Assembly (NCBI GenBank): GCA_963844435.1
Contig: CAWJOG010000001.1
Span: forward strand, 80,201-144,200
DNA from: Vicinamibacterales bacterium
GTDB lineage: Bacteria > Acidobacteriota > Vicinamibacteria > Vicinamibacterales > Vicinamibacteraceae
Direction: 5' to 3'
DNA length: 64,000 nt
Position numbers and translations under genes: made by a program. Under the pieces are notes generated by a model that saw only the letters and a program-made list of their open reading frames with translations, searched no databases and was not told the origin of the DNA. This document shows positions 39,167 through 55,808 of this stretch, one piece after another; the first letter of the stretch is position 1; every line of letters starts with the position of its first letter.

Positions 39167-41358
39167 ATGAATCAGCAAGGGCTCAGGGGGGCCGCCGGAC
39201 ACGGCCGGACGGCGCTCGTCACGGGCGTTGCGGCGCTCGTCACGGCCACGGGGACACTCGTCGCCGGCCTGCCCGGCCAGGCGCGGTGCCGGCCACCGTC
39301 GCCGCGACCGTCGATTGGGCCGCGCACGGCGCCAACGCCGCCCACACGCAGTCCTCCCCGCTCGATCAGATCACGCCGAAGAACGTCGCCGGCCTGAAGG
39401 TGGCGTGGACGTACAACACCGGCGACGCGCGGCCGGGCCGCTCGCAGATCCAGTGCAACCCGATCGTGGTCCGCGGCGTGCTCTACGCCACGTCGCCGCA
39501 GCTCAAGGTGTTCGCGCTCGACGCCGCCACCGGCCAGCCGAAGTGGGTGTTCGATCCCTTCACCGCGGGCGCCGACCAGAGTGGCCTCGGCGTCAACCGC
39601 GGCGTTGTCTACTGGGAAGGCGAAGGCGGCCGCGACGCGCGCATCCTGGTCGGCGCCGGCTACACCCTGTTCGCGCTCGACGCGGCAACCGGCCGGCCGA
39701 TCGAGAGCTTCGGCACCAAGGGCGGCGTCGATTTGCGAGCCGGCCTCGGCGACCGGGCGAAGTCGCTTTACGTCGTCGCCAACACCCCGGGCGCGATCTA
39801 CAAGGACCTGCTGATCCAGGGCACGCGCGTCGGCGAAGGGCCCGGCCCCTCGGCGCCGGGGTACGTGCGCGCCTACAACGTCCGTACAGGCGCGATCGCC
39901 TGGACGTTCCACACCATCCCGCAGCCGGGCGAGCCGGGCCACGAGACCTGGCCGGCCGATGCCTGGAAACGCGTCGGTGGCGCCAATTCGTGGAGCGGCG
40001 TCACCGTTGACGTCGAACGCGGCCTGGTCTTCCTGCCGACCGGATCGGCGGCGTTCGACTTCTGGGGCGGCAACCGCAAGGGCGACAACCTCTACGCGAA
40101 CAGCCTGCTGGTGCTGAAGGCCGACACCGGCGCCTACGTCTGGCACTACCAGTTCGTCCGCCACGACGTCTGGGATCGCGATCTGCCGCAGGCGCCCGTG
40201 CTGGTGACCGTGCGGCGCGACGGCCGCGCGATCCCGGCAGTGGCGCAGGCGACCAAGACCGGTCACGTCTACGTGTTCGATCGCGTGACCGGCGCGCCGC
40301 TCTTCCCGATGGAGGAGCAGGCGGCGCCGCCATCCGATCTCGAGGGCGAGGTCACGGCGGCGACGCAGCCGGTGCCGAAGGCGCCGCCGCCGTTCTCGCG
40401 GCAGCTGTTCTCGGAAGACCAGATCACCGACCTGTCGCCCGAGGCGACGGCCAGCGTGCGCGAGCGCTGGCTCGCCGCGAAGCGCGGCAGCACGTGGGCG
40501 CCGCCGAGCACGCAGGGCACGATCATCTACCCCGGCTTCGACGGCGGCGCCGAGTGGGGCGGATCCGCCTACGACGAGCGCTCCGGCCTGTTCTACGTGA
40601 ACGCCAACGAGATGCCGTGGATCCTGCGGCTCGTGAAGCTGGGCAAGCCGGGCGAAGGCGGCGAGCCGGCCGGGCGCCGCACCTACCAGGCGTTCTGCGG
40701 CACCTGCCATGGCGAGAACCGGCAGGGCGATCCGCTGCGGGCCATGCCGTCGCTCGACAACGTCGAGAGCCGGCTGTCGCGGTCGGCGGTCGCGACGATC
40801 ATCGAGAACGGCCGTGGCCAGATGCCGTCGTTCACGGTCATCCCGGCCGAGGATCGCGAGGCGCTGATCGCCTACCTGTTCCGCGACGTGCAGACGCGGC
40901 GCCCGACGCGGACGCAGGACGATCCGACCGACGACATCGTCTACGCGCACACCGGCTACAACCGCTTCCTCGATCCGCAGGGCTACCCGGCCGTGAAACC
41001 GCCGTGGGGCACGCTCAACGCGATCGATCTGAACAAGGGCACGATCGCCTGGCGCGTGACGCTCGGTGAGTTCCCCGAGCTGACGAAGCAGGGCGTCAAG
41101 CCGACCGGGACTGAGAACTACGGCGGCCCGGCGGTGACGGCGGGCGGACTGGTCTTCATCGGCGCGACGAAGGACGAAAAGATCCGCGCCTTCGATGCGG
41201 CCACCGGGAAGACGCTGTGGGAGGCGCCGTTGCCCGCCGCGGCGCACGCCACGCCGGCCGTCTACGCCGTCAACGGCAAGCAGTACGTGGCGATTGCCGC
41301 CGGCGGCGGCAAGGGCACGAAGTCCGGCGACGCCTACGTGGCGTTCGCGCTGCCGTAG
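39167..41358 (+). CDS. PQQ-dependent dehydrogenase (quinoprotein beta-propeller) with embedded cytochrome c domain (quinohemoprotein-like); frameshift near 39280 in the signal peptide
   Basis: Repeated W-motif propeller blades (VYWEG..., WTFHT..., WSG...). Heme-binding CGTCHGENRQGD plus a downstream Met ligand region. 690-aa intact body. Confidence 0.8.
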
Positions 41359-42405
41359 CGTCCTGCCGCAGCCACGCGAGGCGGCGCCGGGGCGGACAGC
41401 GCGCTGGCGTCCGCAAGGCTGCCGGCGACACCGGCCGCGTCGACAAGCGCCTGCACATCCGCCGGCAGCGGCGCCGTGATCGCCAGCGGCGCGCCGGTCA
41501 CCGGATGCGCGCACGTCAGGCGCCAGGCGTGCAGCGCCTGCCGCGGGAACGTCGCGCAGACGTCGCGCAGCCGGGGATCCGCGATCCCCTTCCAGCGCGG
41601 CTCGCCGTAGATCGGATCGCCGACGATCGGCAGCCCGACGCCCGCCAGGTGCACGCGGATCTGGTGCAGCCGCCCCGTGATCAGCCGACATCGCAGAAAC
41701 GTCAGCTCGGGGCTCGGCCCCGGGCTCAGCCCAGAGCTGATCCCGCGCCACGTCGCAAGAAGTGCGATCTCGGTGGACGCCGGGAGGCCCTCGTGGCGGC
41801 TCGTCGTCATCCGCCGCGTCGCCGGATCCCGGCGGATGCGCAGATCGATGCGATCGCGCGGCGCCCGCGGCGTACCGTAGACGACCGCGAGGTAGTCCTT
41901 GTGGACGGCGCGTCGCGCCATCGCGCGCGCCAGCGTCGCGTGGACCGCCGGCGACTTCGCGACCAGCACGATCCCCGACGTCTCGCGATCGAGGCGATGG
42001 ACCAGGTGGACGCGGCCGCCGCCCCCCGGGTGTGCCAGATGCGCGAGCAGCGCGTTCATCAGCGTGCCGGACGGATGCCGGCGCGTCGGGTGCATGACCA
42101 GGCCGGCCGGCTTGTCGATGGCGAGGAGCGCGTCGTCCTCGTAGATCACCGTGAGCGGCCTGGCTTCGGCGAGGTGTTGCCGCGGCGGCGGCTCGGGCAG
42201 ATCCAGCGCGATCGCCTGCCCGGGACGGAGGCGCTGCGCCGCGCGCGTCGCCGGCACGCCGTCGACCTCGACCCGGCCCTCGCGGATCCACGCGGCGAGG
42301 CGCGTGCGCGACAGCCCGGCCCCATCGGGCAGCCGCGCCACGAGCAACCGATCCAGCCGCAGCCGGGCATCGCCGCGATCGACTTCGAGCACCCGTCGCA
42401 TGTGT
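41334..42405 (-). CDS. RluA family pseudouridine synthase (S4 RNA-binding plus catalytic domain; RluD/RluC-like)
   Basis: S4 ([34 protein letters not shown]). Catalytic HRLDRETSG motif. Its 3' end overlaps the PQQ gene end by ~24 bp. Confidence 0.8.
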
Positions 42406-42507
42406 GTGTCCGCGCCCGGCCATGGGGCCGCGAAACGCGCGGCCCGGACGCGGGTGTTCAGGATACAGTGGACATCCGCGCCGTGGGTTTGGCGCGCCGG
42501 AGGGGCC

Positions 42508-45500
42508 ATGATCACCGCCGACCCGCAACGCCGGGTCTCGACGCTTGCCCGCATCCTCGATCACGTCGGGCGCACCGCGCCTGACGCCGATCGCGACCTG
42601 CTCCTGGCCCTTGCGCCCGTCGTCTACGGCGACATGCCGGACCCCCTGGCGCTGCGGCTCTCCCCCGAGATGATTTCGGCGCGGCTGGCCGGCATCTTCC
42701 GCTTCGTCGCGCGCACGATGCCGCCGGCGGTCCAGCTGTACAAGGGCCTGCCGGGGCTGCACGTCACCGTCCGCAACCCCGACGATGCCGAAGCGCGCGC
42801 CGAAGGGTCGACGCACGAAGTGACGATCGTCGAGACCCACTCGCCCGACGCGCCGTTCGTCTTCGAGAGCCTCAAGAACTACTTCCAGAAGGAAGGCCTC
42901 CGCGTCTTCTCGTCGATCCATCCGATCTTCAGCGTCCGCCGCCAGTGGGAGCGCGTGGTCTGGATCGGCGGCCCGCAGGAGGACGGCTCGCGCGAGCTCT
43001 ACTGCCAGTTCCGCATCGAGCGCGTCGAAGCCCGCGACCGCCTGCGCCGCATCGAGCACCAGGTGTTCTCGGTCCTGAAGGCCGTGTTCCTCGGCGTCGA
43101 GGACTTCCCCGCCATGCGCCGCGGCATCGCCGAGCTGGCGCCGCGGCTGCGCGATCGCCGGGGCGGATCGAAGGAGGCCGACGCGGCGCGGTCGTTCATC
43201 GACTGGCTGATGGCCGACAACTACGTGATCCTCGGCGTCGAGCGCTACACCTTCGGGCCCGACGGCCAGCCGCACGCCGATTCCACCACCGCGCTCGGCG
43301 TGTTCAAGGATCCGACGCTGCTGCCCGTCGTCTTCCCCGGCCTGATGGAGGTGCAGCGCACCCATCTGCGTCCGGTCGCGACCGACGAGCGCGTCATCGA
43401 CGTCGACTACTGCCCCAACGCCCAGGCCATCCACCATCTCGAGCCGATCGACGACGTCGTGATCCGCGAGTGGGGCCCCGACGGCAACCTCGAGGCGTCG
43501 ACGCTGCTGCTCGGCCGCCTGGCCAAGGGCGCCCTCACCGCCAAGCCGCAGGATGTCCCGTTGATGCGGGAGAAGCTGGCCTGGCTGCTCGAGCGCTGCG
43601 GCGCCTCGAAGAACTCGCACGCCTACCGCGAGACGCGCGCGCTGTTCAACCACATGCCGCGGCGCGAGCTGCTCTACACCGACGCCACCTCGCTCAAGAC
43701 GCTCGTCGACCGCATGGTCTACATGTCGAGCGACACCGAGATCGTGGTGACGACGCGGACCGGACAGGGCTACGAGACGGTGTCGGTGGCGTTCTCGGAC
43801 CTGCACTACTCGCACCGCGTCGAGGAGGACCTGAAGCGGGCGCTGGGCGAGGCCTTCGGCCCGATCTCGTTCAACACCTGGGCCGACATGGGCGTGATCG
43901 CCCTGCTCGTCTTCTACTTCGACCAGAGCGGGCTCGAGCACCCGATCGACGTCGCCGCAGGTGCACGCCATCGTCGAGCGCGTGATCTCGACGTGGGAGG
44001 ATCGCGTCGCCGTCACCCTCGAGCAGACCTTCGGCCCGGCCGAGGGCCGTCGGCTCTACACGCGCTACATCCGCAGCGAGTCGCGCAGCGGCATGTACCG
44101 CGAATCGACTCGCCCCGAGGACGTGCCGGAGGATCTGCGCCGGCTCGAGACCATCGAGGCCCAGCTCGAGACGCACGTCCGCGTCGACACCGCCGATTCG
44201 GCGACGCTGACGATCTACTCGGCGCGCCCGCTCGGCCTGACGTCCACGCTGCGGACACTCGAGCACCTGGCGCTGCCGGTGCAGGAAGAGCTGTCGATCC
44301 CGCTGACGCTGCCCGATGGCCGCACCATCGCGCTCGAGCGCCTGAAGATCGGGGCCGCGCCGACGATCATCGCGGCGATGGTCGAAGGCGAGGACCGCCT
44401 GTGCGGGGCGCTGCGCGCGCTCCAGGAAGGCCGCGCCACCGACGATCCGCTGAACGGCCTGATCCTGAACGAGGGACTCGACTGGCGCGAGGTCGAGGTG
44501 CTGCGCACGCTGCGCAACCACCTGCTGCAGATCCGGCCGGTGCTGAACGCCGAGACCGTCAACGGCGTGCTGGTGCGCAACTGCGGCGCCGCCGCCGCTA
44601 TCTATCGCGCGTTCGCCGCCCGCTTCGATCCCGCGTTCCAGGGCAAGCGCGAAGCGACCATCGAGCACGCCGACGACGCGTTGCGGAGCGAGATGCACGC
44701 GGTCGCCAGCCTGTTCGACGACGAGATCCTGCGCGGGCTCGAGAACCTGGTGCACGCCTCGCTGCGGACCAACGCCTATCAGCGGCCGGAGCGGCCGGTG
44801 GTGGCGATCAAGGTGGCCAGCGGCAAGGTCGACGGCATGGCCTCGCCGCGGCCGCTGTTCGAGATCTACGTGCACTCGCGCAAGCTGGAGGGCATCCACC
44901 TGCGCGGCGGCATGGTCGCGCGCGGCGGCCTGCGCTGGAGCGATCGCCACGACGACTTCCGCACCGAGATCCTCGGGCTGATGAAGACGCAGCAGCTGAA
45001 GAACGCCATCATCGTCCCGGTCGGGTCGAAGGGCGGCTTCGTGCTGAAGGGCCAGCTGCCGCCGCGGCCGGCGCTGGACACGTATCTGATCGAGCGCTAC
45101 CGCGAGTTCGTGTCCGGCCTCCTCGACGTCACCGACAACCTGGTGCAGGGCGAGGTCGTGCACCCGCCCGACGTGGTCCGCCACGACGACGACGATGCCT
45201 ACCTCGTCGTCGCCGCCGACAAGGGCACGGCGCACCTCTCCGACACGGCCAACTCGGTGTCGGCGCAATACGGCTTCTGGCTGGGCGACGCGTTCGCCTC
45301 GGGCGGCAGCAACGGCTACGACCACAAGCGCGAGGGGATCACGGCGCGCGGCGCCTGGGAGTGCGTCCGCCACCACTTCCGCAACCTCGGCCTCGACGTG
45401 CAGACGCAGCCGTTCACCTGCGCCGGCATCGGCGACATGGCCGGGCGACGTCTTCGGCAACGGCACTGCTGCGCAGCAAGGCGACGCGGCTGGTCGCCGC

Positions 45501-46783
45501 GTTCAACCACCAGCACCTGTTCCTCGACCCGACGCCCGACCCGGAGAAGAGCTTCGCCGAGCGCGCGCGGCTGTTCGCGCTGCCGCGCTCGTCGTGGAAG
45601 GACTACGACCCGGCGGTGATCAGCGAGGGCGGCGGCGTCTTCGAGCGCGCCGCCAAGGAAGTGCCGCTCAGCCCGCAGGCCCGGACGCTGCTCGGCCTCG
45701 ACGACGAGGCGCCGAGCGGCGAGGAGGTGGTGCGCGCGATCCTGTCCGCGCAGGTCGACCTGCTCTACAACGGCGGCATCGGCACCTACGTCAAGGCGTC
45801 GACCGAGGAGGACGCCGACGTCGGCGATCGCTCGAACGATCGGGTCCGCGTCGACGCCACGACGGTCCGGGCCCGCGTCATCGGCGAAGGCGGCAACCTC
45901 GGCCTGACGCAGCGGGCGCGCCTCGAGTTCTGGGAGCGCGGCGGCAACCTGAACACCGACGCCATCGACAACTCCGGCGGCGTCGACATGTCGGATCACG
46001 AGGTCAACATCAAGATCCTGCTCGACGTGCTGCTGCGCGCGGGGCAGCTCGAGAGCCGCACCGCCCGCAACGATCTGCTGCGCGGCGATGACCGACAACG
46101 TGTCCGAGCTGGTGCTGGCCGACAACCAGCAGCAGGCGCTGGCGCTGACCCTGGACGGCCTGCGCAGCGCCGCGGCCTATGACAGCTACGTCGCGTTCGT
46201 CCAGGAGCTGGCCGTCGCCGGGCTGATCCACCGCGACGACGACGCCGTGCCCTCGCGCGACGAGCTGATGGCGAACCCCGCCCGCGGGCGGGGCCTGCCG
46301 CGTCCGCTGCTGTGCGTGCTGATGGGGCACGTCAAGAACTGGGCCTACGCGCGAGTCCTGAAGACCGGGCTGCCTGACGACCCGGCCAACCGTCACTTCC
46401 TGGCCAGCTACTTCCCCGCGCTGATTCAGCAGCGCTTCGACGGGCAGATCGATCGCCATCCGCTGCGCCGCGAGATCATCGCCACGGGAGCGGTCAACTA
46501 CGTGGTCAATCAGGCCGGCATCCGGCTGCTGTGGGCGCTGGCGGGGGGCACCGACGGCGACCTCGGGGCGGTGATGCAGGCCTACCTGAACGTCGACGCC
46601 GGCGCGGACGCCCGGACGGTGCGCGCCCAGCTGCAGGCGGCCGGTTCGACGCCGCCGAAGGAGCACGAGGCGCTGCTGGCTGTCGAGAGCCAGATCGAGC
46701 AGACGGTCCGCGACGTCCTGGCCGGTGGCACGCCCGACCTCAAGGCGCTGCTGCGCCGGTCGCCGCAACCGACGGGCACGTAG
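42508..46783 (+). CDS. NAD-specific glutamate dehydrogenase, large (~1400-1600 aa) bacterial type (Bac_GDH family); at least 3 frameshifts
   Basis: Family-typical N-terminal ACT-like repeats. The catalytic region ([75 protein letters not shown]) is diagnostic of Bac_GDH. Fragments are in ORFs 42151-, 43961-, 45195- and 46088-. Confidence 0.85.
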
Positions 46784-46813
46784 CCCTCAGCCAGACCGGG
46801 AGATAATCCGCGG

Positions 46814-47266
46814 ATGCTCTATCTCTGGCTGAAGACCTTTCACGTCCTGCTGGCCATCGTCGCCGTCGGCTTCAGCATCAGCTACGGCCTGATCATCGGC
46901 CGCGCCCGCCGGGCCGGCCGCGTCGAGCTGACGTTCGCGCTGAAGACTGTCCAGGCGATGGGCGAATACGTCGCGAACCCGGCCTTCGTCCTGCTGTTCG
47001 TCACCGGCTTCGGGATGATCCGCATGAGCGGCCTCCCGATCGGCACGCGCTGGGTGCACGTGTCGATGGCGCTGCTGCTCCTGGCGATGGGCCTTGGCTT
47101 CGGCGTCGCCGGCCCGACGCTGCGCAAGCAGATCGGTATCCTCGAGGCGCGCGGCCCCGAGGACCCGGAATTCCAGTCCCTGTCGAAGCGCGGCGCCATC
47201 GTCGGCGGCATCCTCGGCCTGCTGTCCCTCACGATCATCTACCTGATGGTCCACAAACCGACCTAG
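46814..47266 (+). CDS. small integral membrane protein (4 TM; DUF2269-like, tentative)
   Basis: MLYLWLKTFHVLLAIVAVGFSISYG...FVLLFVTGFGMIRM...VHVSMALLLLAMGLGFGVAGP...IVGGILGLLSLTIIYLMV. Confidence 0.5.
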   Translation: MLYLWLKTFHVLLAIVAVGFSISYGLIIGRARRAGRVELTFALKTVQAMGEYVANPAFVLLFVTGFGMIRMSGLPIGTRWVHVSMALLLLAMGLGFGVAGPTLRKQIGILEARGPEDPEFQSLSKRGAIVGGILGLLSLTIIYLMVHKPT

Positions 47267-48160
47267 CCCCGACGACTCCGGAGTCCTGGGCGTACGACTC
47301 CGGAGTCCTGGGCGCGCGACTCCGGAGTCTGCGCACTCCGGAGTCGGACACGACTCCGGAGTGCCAGAACACCGGACTCCGGAGTGGTTGAAGGAATTGA
47401 TCGCCCCGAGCGCCCGGGCGGTGGCAGTCCTTCCTCAGTCGTATTCATCGATCATGCGGCGGCGGAGTCGACGCAGTGGCTCGCGCTTCAGCTGAGAGCG
47501 GATCCGCTGGAGCTCTGCCGTTTCGATCGCCGTATCGACGTAGTCCTTCCAGTCGGGCGGACGCGGCGCCGGCCACGTCGACAGTTGGATCGGCGAGCCG
47601 GCCGCGGCGCTGGACCACGGCCATGCACCCGGCGTCGACACCAGGCGTGCCGCGCAGGGATTGCGTTCCACATATCGAACGACGCGATAGAGGTTCGCAT
47701 CCGCTTGGACCGCAACTGCTTCGTACCGTTCCGGATACACCTGCCCCCTGGTGCCGTGCCAGCGGTGGAACCGCTTCGCGTGCGTCAGCGACAGCCAGCC
47801 GACGAAGCGCTCCACGGCTGCGTCGGTTTGAGGCCAGATCACGAAGTGCCAGTGGTTCGGCATGACGCAGTAGGCGAGCAGCCGCGTCGGCCGCACGACC
47901 TGGGTTTCGGCGATCAGATCGACGAACGCGCGATACGCGGCGCGCGAATCGAACAGGGTCACGCCGGCGGCGGAACGATTGGTGACGTGGTAGACGAAGT
48001 CGGCGAGGATGCGAACAGGTCGGCTGGGCACGCCAGTCGCTGATCAAGCCGCGTACCAGACTTCGATTCCGGAGTCGTCCCACCAGGACTCCGGAGTCGA
48101 CTTGCCAGGACTCCGGAGTCGTCACGACACGACTCCGGAGTCGTTCAATCCCATCACCGG
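47263..48160 (-). mobile_element. REPtron: REP-associated tyrosine transposase gene flanked by REP clusters
   Basis: Left cluster (47263-47400): about 6 copies of the perfect 12-bp palindrome GACTCCGGAGTC (some truncated to ACTCCGGAGT), with 8-15 nt spacers. Right cluster (48055-48160): 4 copies. The RAYT gene lies between them. Confidence 0.75.
47435..48031 (-). CDS. REP-associated tyrosine transposase (RAYT; IS200/IS605 TnpA-like Y1 HUH transposase)
   Basis: YHVTNRSAAGVTLF (N-terminal motif), HUH motif MPNHWHFVIW, catalytic-Tyr region LYRVVRYVERNP. 198 aa, intact. Confidence 0.8.
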   Translation of the reverse strand: MPSRPVRILADFVYHVTNRSAAGVTLFDSRAAYRAFVDLIAETQVVRPTRLLAYCVMPNHWHFVIWPQTDAAVERFVGWLSLTHAKRFHRWHGTRGQVYPERYEAVAVQADANLYRVVRYVERNPCAARLVSTPGAWPWSSAAAGSPIQLSTWPAPRPPDWKDYVDTAIETAELQRIRSQLKREPLRRLRRRMIDEYD

Positions 48161-48336
48161 GGCGCATGGCGTCGATGCATGCCCGGAATCAGGGGTGCCG
48201 CGACGGTCCATGCAAATTCGGCATGGAAAGAATGATAGGTTTCTATTTCCCTTCACCGGCGTTCTACCGCCTAATGAAGGTCCGCGAGGCGGGGACACGT
48301 GTCCTCCGCCGCCGCATTTCCTTTCGGGGTACCAAC

Positions 48337-53060
<4,724 letters not shown>

Positions 53061-53062
53061 GC

Positions 53063-54511
53063 ATGGGCAAGCCGACAGGTTTCATCGAGCTCAAGCGCAG
53101 CAAGCAGCCGGCCCGCCCGGTCGCCGAGCGCCTGCAGGACTGGCGCGAGGTCTACAAGCTCAACCCGCCGCAGGTGCTCGCCGATCAGGGCGCGCGCTGC
53201 ATGGACTGCGGCATCCCGTTCTGCCATCAGGGCTGCCCGCTCGGCAACCTGATCCCGGACTGGAACGACCTCGTCTACCGGGATCGCTGGCAGGCGGCGA
53301 TCACGCGGCTGCTGGCGACCAACAACTTCCCGGAGTTCACCGGACGGCTGTGCCCGGCGCCGTGCGAAGGCGCGTGCGTCCTCGGCATCAACGCCGACCC
53401 GGTGACGATCAAGTCGATCGAGTGGGCGATCATCGAGCGCGCGATGGAGGAGGGCTGGGTCAAGCCGGCGCCGCCCGCGTCGCGCACCGGCAAGACGGTC
53501 GCGGTGGTCGGCTCGGGCCCGTCCGGGCTGGCCGTGGCCGATCAGCTGAACAAGGCCGGCCACAGCGTCACGGTGTTCGAGCGCGCCGATCGCATCGGCG
53601 GCCTGCTGCGCTACGGCATCCCCGAGTTCAAGATGGAGAAGGCGATCCTCGATCGCCGGCTCCGCCTGATGGAAGCCGAGGGCATCGTCTTCAAGCCGGG
53701 CTGCGATGTCGGCGTGTCGCCGGACGCGGCGACGCTGAAGAAGTCCTTCGACGCGGTGGTCCTCGCCTGCGGCGTCCCGGTCGGCCGCGACCTGCCGATT
53801 CCCGGTCGTGAGCTCGAAGGCATCCACTTCGCGATGGACTACCTGCCGCTGCAGAACAAGCGCTGCGAAGGGGACGCCATCAAGGAGAGCCAGTTCATCA
53901 CGGCGAAGGACAAGCACGTCGTGATCATCGGCGGTGGCGACACCGGCGCCGACTGCCTCGGCACGGCGCACCGGCAGGGCGCGAAGTCGGTGCACCAGCT
54001 CGAGCTGCTGCCGAAGCCGCCGGCGATCCGCGCGGCCGACAACCCGTGGCCGCAGTGGCCGAACATCTTCCGCGTCTCGGGGGCGCACGAAGAGGGCGGC
54101 GAACGGCTCTACTCGGTCGCGACCTCGAAGTTCCTCGGCGACGACAAGGGCCGCGTCCGCGCGCTGGCCGGGTCGAGCGTCCAGGCGGTCAAGGAAGACG
54201 GCCGGCTGACGTTCAAGCCGGTGCCCGGCACCGAGTTCGAGCTGGCGGCGGATCTCGTCCTGCTGGCGATGGGCTTCACGGGCGCCGAGGGCAAGGGCCT
54301 GGTCAGCGACCTCGGCCTGGCGATGACGCCGCGCGGCACGGTGCAGCGCGACGCCAGCTGGATGACGAGCGTGCCCGGAGTGTTCGTCACCGGCGACATG
54401 CAGCGCGGCCAGTCGCTGATCGTGTGGGCGATCGCCGACGGCCGCAGCACGGCGCGCGGCGTCGACAGCTGGCTGATGGGCGCGTCCGAGCTGCCGGCGC
54501 CGGTCCAGTAG
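53063..54511 (+). CDS. gltD: glutamate synthase small (beta) subunit, NADPH-dependent
   Basis: MGKPTGFIELKR..., two [4Fe-4S] Cys clusters (CMDCGIPFCHQGCP), FAD/NADPH GxGxxG pairs (VAVVGSGPSGLAV; VVIIGGGDTGADC). Intact 482 aa, 2 nt after the gltB stop. Confidence 0.9.
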   Translation: MGKPTGFIELKRSKQPARPVAERLQDWREVYKLNPPQVLADQGARCMDCGIPFCHQGCPLGNLIPDWNDLVYRDRWQAAITRLLATNNFPEFTGRLCPAPCEGACVLGINADPVTIKSIEWAIIERAMEEGWVKPAPPASRTGKTVAVVGSGPSGLAVADQLNKAGHSVTVFERADRIGGLLRYGIPEFKMEKAILDRRLRLMEAEGIVFKPGCDVGVSPDAATLKKSFDAVVLACGVPVGRDLPIPGRELEGIHFAMDYLPLQNKRCEGDAIKESQFITAKDKHVVIIGGGDTGADCLGTAHRQGAKSVHQLELLPKPPAIRAADNPWPQWPNIFRVSGAHEEGGERLYSVATSKFLGDDKGRVRALAGSSVQAVKEDGRLTFKPVPGTEFELAADLVLLAMGFTGAEGKGLVSDLGLAMTPRGTVQRDASWMTSVPGVFVTGDMQRGQSLIVWAIADGRSTARGVDSWLMGASELPAPVQ

Positions 54512-54512
54512 C

Positions 54513-54526
54513 GCGCCGCCCGGCGC
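54513..54526. terminator. GC hairpin gcgccg-cc-cggcgc between convergent gltD and the ABC permease gene
   Basis: Perfect 6-bp inverted repeat starting 2 nt after the gltD TAG. Confidence 0.45.
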
Positions 54527-54528
54527 GT

Positions 54529-55758
54529 CTACTCGGCGCGAATCGCGTCGACCGGCGGCAGGCGAGACGCCCGGAAGGCCGGATAGATGCCGAAGACGAT
54601 GCCGGTAACGAGCGCCGCGGCGAGCGACGCCGCGACGGTTTGCGGCGTCACCGCGGCGTAGATCAACGCCTCGCTGCGGGCCCGCATCACCGCGGTGAAT
54701 GCGAACGCCCCGCCCAGGCCCAGCGCCAACCCCAGCAGACTGCCCGTGCCCGAGATCGCGACCGACTCGGCGAGGAACTGCGCCACGATGTCGCGGCGCC
54801 TGGCGCCGACGGCACGGCGCACGCCGATCTCGCGCGTCCGCTCGAGCACCGAGGCGAGCAGCACGTTCATGATGCCGATGCCGCCGACCAGCAGCGCGAT
54901 GGCGGTGAACGCGCCCATCAGCAGCTTGAACAGCAGAATGCCCTGGGCGACGTCGCGCAGGCGTTGGAGCCCGGTCGCCGCCACGGTCACCCCGTCGGCG
55001 TAACGGGCTGTCGACCACTGCGTCGCGATCGCCTTCAGCCGCTCGACCGCGCCGATGTCGGGAGCCTGGACGACCAGCGCATGTGGCTCCTGGATCTCGG
55101 GTGTGAGGGCGACGAGCAGCGCGAACGGGAGCATCACCACCGGTTCGTCACGGCCGGCGCGATCGGGCAGCACGCCGACGATGCGCACGCGCCGCGCGCC
55201 GACGACGAGGTCCTGGCCGACGGCCGCCGCCGGCACGGCCGCGACCAGCCTGGCAACCGGCGCCGACACGACGGCCACCGGCGTCTCACCGGCCAGGTCG
55301 GCCCCGGCGAGCGGCCGCCCCGCCTGCACCACGATCGGGGCGACGGTGCCGGCGACGGCGAGGCCGCTCGCCAGTGCCGCGTGCTCGACCGGCGGCGTGG
55401 TCGCCGCCGCTTCGGCCGGCGTGCGCCAGCGGAGCACGGCCTTGCGGACCAGCGTGACGCCGGCGCCGGCGCCGAGCGTGTCCGCCAGCGCACCGACGTC
55501 CGCCGCCGTGAACCGTACCGGCGCCGACCGCGGCACGCGCACGCCGTCGATCCGATCGAATGTCCTGGCCGAAAGGAGGATGCTCAGCAGCCCTTCGCCC
55601 TCGATGCGGCGACGGGCGAAGGCTTCGGCACCGTCGCCGAGCGCGAGCACCGCCGACAGCGACGCCGCGCCCATGACGATGCCGAGCGTCGAGAGCACCG
55701 TCCGCAACAGGTTGGCGCGAAGCGTCTGGACGGCGAGGCGCACTGGAAGGGCCGACAT
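54529..55758 (-). CDS. ABC transporter permease, FtsX/MacB-like
   Basis: N-terminal TM, large periplasmic domain, and C-terminal 3-TM FtsX domain (ILLFKLLMGAFTAIALLVGGIGIMNVLLASVLERTREIGVRRAVGARRRDIVAQFL). Confidence 0.75.
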   Translation of the reverse strand: MSALPVRLAVQTLRANLLRTVLSTLGIVMGAASLSAVLALGDGAEAFARRRIEGEGLLSILLSARTFDRIDGVRVPRSAPVRFTAADVGALADTLGAGAGVTLVRKAVLRWRTPAEAAATTPPVEHAALASGLAVAGTVAPIVVQAGRPLAGADLAGETPVAVVSAPVARLVAAVPAAAVGQDLVVGARRVRIVGVLPDRAGRDEPVVMLPFALLVALTPEIQEPHALVVQAPDIGAVERLKAIATQWSTARYADGVTVAATGLQRLRDVAQGILLFKLLMGAFTAIALLVGGIGIMNVLLASVLERTREIGVRRAVGARRRDIVAQFLAESVAISGTGSLLGLALGLGGAFAFTAVMRARSEALIYAAVTPQTVAASLAAALVTGIVFGIYPAFRASRLPPVDAIRAE

Positions 55759-55808
55759 CTCGGGGAGAGACGCAGCCGACCGGACAGCAGTTCCCGCCGC
55801 GGTGGTGA

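Noticed and set aside
39172-44016. 1614-aa minus-strand ORF
   Set aside because: It is antisense/off-frame to the PQQ dehydrogenase, RluA and NAD-GDH genes, all of which have strong family signatures on their own strands. The composition is Arg/Gly/Ala-rich junk.
47263-48160. CRISPR array suspected from regularly repeated 12-bp units
   Set aside because: The repeats are only 10-12 bp and self-complementary, the spacers are irregular (8-15 nt), and they flank a RAYT transposase gene. That is a REP/BIME architecture, not CRISPR (no 25-40-bp repeats, no cas genes).
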